A stretch of 11,540 bases of DNA, taken from positions 1-11,540 of the IMG/VR virus record IMGVR_UViG_3300037423_000296, one strand, 5' to 3'. Made by a program: the position numbers and the translations under genes. This document shows, in pieces, positions 7,146-11,540 of this stretch. The stretch comes from a virus (lineage: Duplodnaviria; Heunggongvirae; Uroviricota; Caudoviricetes). Below the pieces are notes generated by a model that saw only the letters and a program-made list of their open reading frames with translations, searched no databases and had not been told where the DNA came from. Positions within the stretch are counted from its first letter, which is position 1. The number at the start of each line of letters is the position of its first letter.

Positions 7146-9101
7146 TTACGCAGTTTGTGAAGTTACATCAACAATGTCGCAACCTGACGCTGCGCAAGCC
7201 AATTCCTGAGTTCCTGTGGTTGAATCGCTAGTCTCATATACGGAGAGCAATGACCAATCGACAGAATGTGGAACCTTGTAAGTCCATTCCGCGAATTCCT
7301 CGGCAGTAATGTCCTGGTAAGGTGCCTGCTGGTAAGTGTGTTCACTGTGTGGCAAGAAACTTACTCCTGAAACTTCATCGAAGTTTTCGTAAACCCAGTT
7401 ACCAACCTCTTCCCACTCATCCGGCTTTACGTAAATCGTGACAGAAGGCTTGTGCTCACACCAGTAACGCTGGTAAGACATCCATAGCTCTAGGTGCTCA
7501 ATGGCCTTTAGGTCATTGCGAGTAATGGCGTCTTCTGGTGCAGCAATTGGGAATGAGAATACTGCTGTGTTAGCAGGATTCATTACGTCATCTTCCCAGT
7601 AGTAGCCCGCGTCCATCATGAACTGAGTTAGCGGGTCTTTCTTGTCTGCACGAACCGTACGGATGTAGTGCGGGTTGTGCCATGCGTGAAGGCCTGAGCT
7701 TGTCAAGGTAAGCTGACTTGTCGTTCCTTCTGGCTTGACGCATGTAATTGCAGCGGCACGGTTAATGCCAATTTCATCTGCAACCCGCGCATTCGTCTTG
7801 ATGGCAACCTTCTTGAGTAGCGTTAGAGCAATTTCAGTTGCGTCCTTGCTGACTCCGAAGTTGAGCCACTTGTTACCGAATGGACCAGTCATGGAAACGC
7901 CCAATAGACGCTCTTCTTCGGTGTTCTTTCGCCACTCGTCTCTCAAGTACTGGAAGTTAGTCAAGGTTGACTGCCATGTTCCCAAGATTGTTGCGGCTTC
8001 GACCTTCTTCTTGAGGTCGTCAATGTTGTCTTCTCCACGAACGACTACTGTTGTAAGGTTGCAGAACTGATTTGGTCGAAGAATGATTTCAGAGCAAGGG
8101 TTTGTTCCGAAGTCATATCCGATTGAACGACGGCCATTCTTCTTTGCCTGTACCTTGGATGCCTGACGATTGAATAGCCCGCGCTCTCCTGAGCCAGAAT
8201 CAATTAGACTCTGCCACTCACGGTCGAATACATCGCGGCTTGGTCGGCCCTCATAGACGGCTGAGTTATTAGCCAATGCACGCTGACCATTGTCCTCCCA
8301 CCAAGACCCTGACTTAGCGACTGCCATATCCTGGTCTTCCAAGTCTCCAAGACTGATTAGCGCGCTGCGTCGGACACCACCGACAACAACCACAGACGCA
8401 ATCTTGCAAACAATGTCGTGAACCTCAAGTGAAGTGAGCTTTCGCCCTGTTGCTCCGTGGAACTTCTCAATCGTGTATGCAAATAGGTCAACCAACGGGT
8501 CTGGACCGCTGGCTCTTCCTCCAAAGGTCATTAGACGTGCTCCTGCTGGACGAACCTGACTTACATCCCAGGTTGGTACTCGTCCTTCGTAGAGAGCGGT
8601 TACAAGCTCTCGATAAGCCCGCGCCCATCCTTCTTTTGAATCCTCAACAGTAATTAGCTGCTTTGAATCGTGAAGAACTGGAACAGTTGGAAGCTGGTTC
8701 GTGTAACGCTTTTCGGCGCTGAAACCAACGCCGGTTCCGTTCATGAGAATGAACAATACCTCATCAAATGCAACTGGGTCATCCATAACGATGTATGAGC
8801 AGTTGTATCCGGCGACGTTGTTACGGGCCAATGCTGGTCCCGCAGTCATCAATGCGCGCATGCTTGGTAGTGACATGTGATTCAAAATGTAATGGCGAAC
8901 AAGCTCAACGTCATCAACGCTTGGCTCGTGTCCAACATTTGACTTTAGGTGGTCAACCATGAAGTTGACGTATCTGTCAACTGTCTCTACCCACGTCTCG
9001 CGGCGGTTCTCGTCATCGAGCCAGCGCGCATATCGTGATTGGTGGATAAAGTTGCGGTATGGGTCAGTGATTCTTCCATCATCACCGATGAAACTTTCCA
9101 A
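7146..9101 (-). CDS. nrdJ: Class II adenosylcobalamin-dependent ribonucleotide reductase (monomeric RTPR type), 651 aa
   Basis: TTG start with GGAGGAG (9111-9117). Motifs SRYARW...RRETWVETVDRY, PSMRALMTAG, GYNCSY, GGVRRSALISL, GTNPCSEIILRPNQFCNLT, TCVKPEGT and C-terminal CAASGC. Uninterrupted. Confidence 0.95.
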   Translation of the reverse strand: MESFIGDDGRITDPYRNFIHQSRYARWLDDENRRETWVETVDRYVNFMVDHLKSNVGHEPSVDDVELVRHYILNHMSLPSMRALMTAGPALARNNVAGYNCSYIVMDDPVAFDEVLFILMNGTGVGFSAEKRYTNQLPTVPVLHDSKQLITVEDSKEGWARAYRELVTALYEGRVPTWDVSQVRPAGARLMTFGGRASGPDPLVDLFAYTIEKFHGATGRKLTSLEVHDIVCKIASVVVVGGVRRSALISLGDLEDQDMAVAKSGSWWEDNGQRALANNSAVYEGRPSRDVFDREWQSLIDSGSGERGLFNRQASKVQAKKNGRRSIGYDFGTNPCSEIILRPNQFCNLTTVVVRGEDNIDDLKKKVEAATILGTWQSTLTNFQYLRDEWRKNTEEERLLGVSMTGPFGNKWLNFGVSKDATEIALTLLKKVAIKTNARVADEIGINRAAAITCVKPEGTTSQLTLTSSGLHAWHNPHYIRTVRADKKDPLTQFMMDAGYYWEDDVMNPANTAVFSFPIAAPEDAITRNDLKAIEHLELWMSYQRYWCEHKPSVTIYVKPDEWEEVGNWVYENFDEVSGVSFLPHSEHTYQQAPYQDITAEEFAEWTYKVPHSVDWSLLSVYETSDSTTGTQELACAASGCDIVDVTSQTA

Positions 9102-9163
9102 AATAGTAGACTCCTCCTAGACCCCCGGTTAGAAGGGCCTTGTAATATGATTTCGTATCTTCT

Positions 9164-9193
9164 AGTATATGCCCGGTGCTTTCTCGAAAGCAC
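9164..9193 (-). promoter_or_regulatory. Candidate nrdJ promoter (-10 TATACT) with an 18-bp near-palindrome over the -35 region
   Basis: TATACT at 9164-9169. GTGCTTTC-GA-GAAAGCAC at 9176-9193 begins in the glycosyltransferase stop codon. Confidence 0.45.
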
Positions 9194-10173
9194 TAATTTT
9201 TGGCAATTTTCTCAAGCCGATTTCCAACATTTTTCGCGATGATGTTCCAGTTGAACTCCATCTGAACGTTGGGAACATTGTGCTCGAAGAATCCAAAATA
9301 AGACCCGGCATTTTCGTATACGTCCAACATTTTTGCCTTCAAAATCTCGAAGTCTGGGTAGTAAACGTTGCCAGGGTGAATGCTCCAGAGGCTACGGTCT
9401 TGCCGCGCCGGAATCTCCAGGCCTGCCCGTGTAATGTAGCCACCATACGGAGCCCAATCGGTTGTCGAGATAACCGGCATTCCAGTTCCTAGTGCCTGCA
9501 AAGGGATGAGGCCGAAGCCTTCTCCATAAGATGGATAGACCATGCAGTGCATTCTATGATACAGGTCCACTAGCTCGCTTGGATGATACAAGGTGGTGAT
9601 GATGGTTACATTGTCATATTCAGGCAAGGAGAAGACTCCATCATTCCATGCTCTCAGGTAGTGTTGAGAGTTAGCTTTGATAGTGAGATGCACGTCATCT
9701 CTGTCACCGAAAGCCGCCCGGAATGCGTCCAATGTCATTTGACCACCCTTGCGAAGTGCCGGTTCTCCATGATGGAAGAAGTGTAGCTTATCTGCAACCT
9801 CTCTCTTGACAGGAGTCCACATAGGGTCAAGACCATGATGCACAACCTTGATTGGGACGGTAACCCCGGCTTTCCAAAAGACATCCTTCACCCATTCAGA
9901 AGTAGCCCATACTTCATCACACTCATTCATTCTTCGAACCCATCCGTCAGGAAGTTCGGTACTTTCCCAAGGAGTGTAGCCAATCTTGTACTGTCCGTCA
10001 TGGAACTTATAGTGGTTAGACTGACAGAAGCTAATCTGAATTGGTGACTTAGAGTCATTAAAGGGCACTTCGTGCCCAGAGCGCTGAAGCGCTCTGATGA
10101 ACTGAAACCCAGCATTTCCATATCCGTTTGTTGTATCTAGGTTTCCGTCTACTGTGTAATACGAAATCTTCAT
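9193..10173 (-). CDS. Glycosyltransferase, GT-B fold (GT4 / Glycos_transf_1-like), 326 aa
   Basis: AAGGAG upstream of ATG. Motifs IGYTPWESTELP, CDEVWATSEW, PALRKG, MVYPSYGEGFGLIPLQALGTGMPVI. Confidence 0.9.
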   Translation of the reverse strand: MKISYYTVDGNLDTTNGYGNAGFQFIRALQRSGHEVPFNDSKSPIQISFCQSNHYKFHDGQYKIGYTPWESTELPDGWVRRMNECDEVWATSEWVKDVFWKAGVTVPIKVVHHGLDPMWTPVKREVADKLHFFHHGEPALRKGGQMTLDAFRAAFGDRDDVHLTIKANSQHYLRAWNDGVFSLPEYDNVTIITTLYHPSELVDLYHRMHCMVYPSYGEGFGLIPLQALGTGMPVISTTDWAPYGGYITRAGLEIPARQDRSLWSIHPGNVYYPDFEILKAKMLDVYENAGSYFGFFEHNVPNVQMEFNWNIIAKNVGNRLEKIAKN

Positions 10174-10193
10174 TATCTATCTCCTTGTAGGCA

Positions 10194-10323
10194 TAGGGGA
10201 GCCATTAGTTAAGCCTAGAGGTCGCTACACGGCAATGCCGCTTAGGGGAAGTGGCTCCTATTATGGTCCCCGGTTATCCTCCACGCTTGGATATACTGCC
10301 AAGCCCGCTCAGTTCGCGTGGGG
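10194..10323 (-). ncRNA. Candidate structured 5' leader of the glycosyltransferase gene
   Basis: Several helices seen by eye on the minus strand: GGAGCCA/TGGCTCC, CGGC-ATT-GCCG, GCTTGG/CCAAGC and an alternative CCACGC/GCGTGG. No Rfam family recognised. Confidence 0.3.
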
Positions 10324-10371
10324 AAAGAAAAGACCCCCACACTAAGCTGCCAGGCCCGGAGTGTGGGGGTC
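10324..10371 (-). terminator. Intrinsic terminator with an unusually large 16-nt loop
   Basis: Minus strand: GACCCCCACACT, 16-nt loop, AGTGTGGGGGTC, then TTTTCTTT (perfect 12-bp stem; U-tract 10324-10331). Confidence 0.8.
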
Positions 10372-10420
10372 ATTCTCGTACGAGAAATCTTGAATTGTGA
10401 AACCGGGCCTGGCAAGCCTT
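10324..10420 (-). ncRNA. Candidate attenuator or small RNA with interleaved helices (order A-B-A'-B')
   Basis: TGCCAGGCCCGG (10403-10414) is perfectly complementary to the terminator loop CCGGGCCTGGCA (10348-10359). The intervening sequence contains the palindrome TTCTCGTACGAGAA (10373-10386). Confidence 0.55.
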
Positions 10421-10427
10421 CTCTACT

Positions 10428-10436
10428 AGTGTAACA
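10428..10436 (-). promoter_or_regulatory. Extended -10 promoter (TG-T-TACACT); start about 10421
   Basis: Extended -10 directly upstream of helix segment A; the -35 is weak. Confidence 0.45.
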
Positions 10437-10478
10437 CACGTTTGATTCGGCTGCTGACTTGCGCGGTTCGATACATCT

Positions 10479-10507
10479 AGTGTAGCATCTTCAGCCTTGT
10501 CTCTCAA
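10479..10507 (-). promoter_or_regulatory. Leftward promoter
   Basis: TTGAGA (10502-10507), 17 bp, TACACT (10479-10484). Confidence 0.65.
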
Positions 10508-10525
10508 GTCTTCGGAGACCATAAT
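10497..10525 (+). promoter_or_regulatory. Candidate rightward promoter overlapping the -35 of the leftward promoter
   Basis: TTGTCT (10497-10502), 17 bp, CATAAT (10520-10525). Confidence 0.45.
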
Positions 10526-10541
10526 GAGACTCTAGCTAGTC

Positions 10542-10555
10542 TTACTGTACAGTAA
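10542..10555. promoter_or_regulatory. Perfect 14-bp palindrome, candidate operator
   Basis: TTACTGTACAGTAA, ending 1 bp before the TTGACA -35. Confidence 0.5.
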
Positions 10556-10556
10556 A

Positions 10557-10585
10557 TTGACACCGTTACACTTCCGTTATAAGGT
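10557..10585 (+). promoter_or_regulatory. Strong rightward promoter for the transglycosylase gene
   Basis: TTGACA (10557-10562), 17 bp, TAAGGT (10580-10585). Confidence 0.7.
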
Positions 10586-10614
10586 GGATGCATGTTCACT
10601 CAAGGAGGTGCGAA

Positions 10615-11184
10615 ATGAAGAAGATTCTCGCAACGCTCGCTGGAGTTAGCCTTGTCGCCGGTATCGGACTTGCTGCTAACTCTGTGGTAGACACTCAAGA
10701 AACAAAGTCTATTGCACCTGTTGTTGACACTACGACAGCCCCCGCTCTTTCGTCAGATTTTGCCGACAGAACCGGTCGTACTAGCCGCTCAACAACCCGT
10801 CCAGTGAAGCCAGTCGTTCCTAAGCCGGTTGTTCCGAAGAAGCCTAAGCCTACCAAGGTAGTTAAGGTCATCAAGAAGAAGCCGGTTGTAAAGAAGACTG
10901 TTAAGAAGACCAAGTACGTTTCTAGCAGGAGCCACAATGCTCCCGGTGGAATCGCCGCTTGTATTCGTAAGTATGAGTCTGATGGCAATTACCGTGCACA
11001 GAACCCTACAACGTCCGCTTCTGGCGCGTATCAGTTTGTCGATGGAACTTGGCACGCAGTAACCGGCCTACCCGGTCACGCCAAGGACTATTCTCCTGCC
11101 ACTCAGGATGCAGCTTTCTATAAGCTGTGGAATGGCGGTAAGGGAGCCCATCACTGGGTTACAGCCCACAAGTGTGGTTGGTAA
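10615..11184 (+). CDS. Secreted lysozyme-like lytic transglycosylase (Rpf/SceD-like), 189 aa
   Basis: AAGGAGGT (10602-10609) before ATG 10615. Signal peptide MKKILATLAGVSLVAGIGLAA, a Pro/Lys/Val-rich linker, and C-terminal CIRKYESDGNYRAQNPTTSASGAYQFVDGTW...QDAAFYKLW...HW...C. Confidence 0.85.
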   Translation: MKKILATLAGVSLVAGIGLAANSVVDTQETKSIAPVVDTTTAPALSSDFADRTGRTSRSTTRPVKPVVPKPVVPKKPKPTKVVKVIKKKPVVKKTVKKTKYVSSRSHNAPGGIAACIRKYESDGNYRAQNPTTSASGAYQFVDGTWHAVTGLPGHAKDYSPATQDAAFYKLWNGGKGAHHWVTAHKCGW

Positions 11185-11191
11185 GGTACAC

Positions 11192-11227
11192 TAAGAGAGG
11201 GGCTGTCCAACAGGGCGGTCCCTCTTA
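11192..11227 (+). terminator. Hairpin after the transglycosylase gene (terminator or stabiliser)
   Basis: TAAGAG[AG]GGGCTGTCC-AACA-GGGCGGTCC-CTCTTA. The G.U pairs work only on the plus strand; there is no clear U-tract. Confidence 0.4.
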
Positions 11228-11241
11228 CTATTGGAGGAACC

Positions 11242-11466
11242 ATGAAACACCAGCTTGACTTTGATATCTTCGTTCAACAAGCTGTAACTGATGCATTTCA
11301 CAGATACACAATCGCGTTTGGTGAGCAGGAGTCCAATCTTTCCAGGGTTGCGCATCTGGCCGCTGACGACCTTGTAAAGAACTGGGGACCAGAGCTTGCA
11401 CTGATTTTCCGTGACTCTATCAAGGCTGAGATGGAGGCTCAACTCAATGACATCAAGTCTGAGTAA
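11242..11466 (+). CDS. Hypothetical protein, 74 aa
   Basis: GGAGG (11233-11237) shortly before ATG; helical-looking sequence; overlaps the next gene. Confidence 0.7.
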   Translation: MKHQLDFDIFVQQAVTDAFHRYTIAFGEQESNLSRVAHLAADDLVKNWGPELALIFRDSIKAEMEAQLNDIKSE

Positions 11467-11540
11467 CTGGGAACTCTTCCATCGCTACCGCCGCCTTGTT
11501 GACAGAGGCCTAGCCAAGCCGCTAGTATGCCCGAATTGTC
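11447..11540 (+). CDS. Hypothetical protein with a CxxC motif; partial, runs off the right edge
   Basis: Not in the ORF track. GGAGG (11433-11437) 9 nt before ATG 11447. Translation MTSSLSNWELFHRYRRLVDRGLAKPLVCPNC... is open to the end of the window. Confidence 0.7.
   Translation, partial: MTSSLSNWELFHRYRRLVDRGLAKPLVCPNC

Noticed and set aside
7146-9101. Intron or intein in nrdJ
   Set aside because: The reading frame is continuous, the catalytic motifs are normally spaced, and no splice-junction motifs were seen.
1353-10121. Remaining short ORFs nested in or antisense to the main genes
   Set aside because: They overlap well-supported genes and have no SD or recognisable motif.
10263-10300. 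Resemblance to an HDV-like ribozyme on the plus strand (ATGGTCCC...ATCC-TCCACGCTT-GGAT)
   Set aside because: Only a P3/L3-like hairpin forms. There is no P1, no GG for P1.1 and no downstream P2 partner.
10190-10323. c-di-AMP (ydaO) or cobalamin riboswitch, suggested by the nearby Rpf-like and nrdJ genes
   Set aside because: Only short fragments resemble them (AACCGGGGACCA, GACCTCTAGGC, GCCACT). The core ydaO motifs and the B12 box are absent, and the segment faces away from the Rpf-like gene.
10242-10439. 65-codon minus-strand ORF spanning the attenuator (possible leader peptide)
   Set aside because: GTG start with no SD, no regulatory codon run, and it overlaps a promoter and terminator. 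Probably chance, although not formally excluded.
3445-10614. ORF-track starts at 3720, 5263, 6339, 6556 and 10588
   Set aside because: They overlap neighbouring genes, hairpins or promoters. Downstream starts with SD or promoter support were used instead.
11499-11528. TTGACA-18-TAGTAT promoter-like match
   Set aside because: Lies inside the SD-supported CxxC ORF starting at 11447 and can be explained by its codons.
1-11540. tRNA, CRISPR array, integrase or reverse transcriptase/retron
   Set aside because: No cloverleaf, spaced direct repeats or matching protein motifs were found by eye. The inverted repeats at 10324-10420 have no RT gene nearby in this window.

Overview
Fragment of a large actinobacterial tailed phage genome. 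The gene order resembles my recollection of Streptomyces cluster BE/BK-type siphoviruses; this is an inference, not a database hit. A minus-strand block reads right to left: GT-B glycosyltransferase, class II (B12-dependent) ribonucleotide reductase, free-standing HNH-type endonuclease, a 60-aa very acidic protein, amidase endolysin, LamG-domain protein, a 112-aa hypothetical protein, PBSX-type portal, a 4-TM membrane protein, and an HK97-type prohead protease. The protease runs off the left edge, is missing from the ORF track, and contains an in-frame internal start for a probable scaffold. A divergent plus-strand block starts with a secreted Rpf/SceD-like lytic transglycosylase followed by two small genes. 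The most unusual part is the ~440-bp divergent intergenic region (10174-10614). It holds two candidate promoters in each direction, two perfect 14-bp TT-nnn-GTAC-nnn-AA palindromes, and a terminator whose whole 16-nt loop is complementary to an upstream segment, suggesting an attenuator-like RNA switch in front of the minus-strand block. Four minus-strand genes appear to have their own leaderless or near-leaderless promoters. All motifs were read by eye; no searches or folding programs were run.
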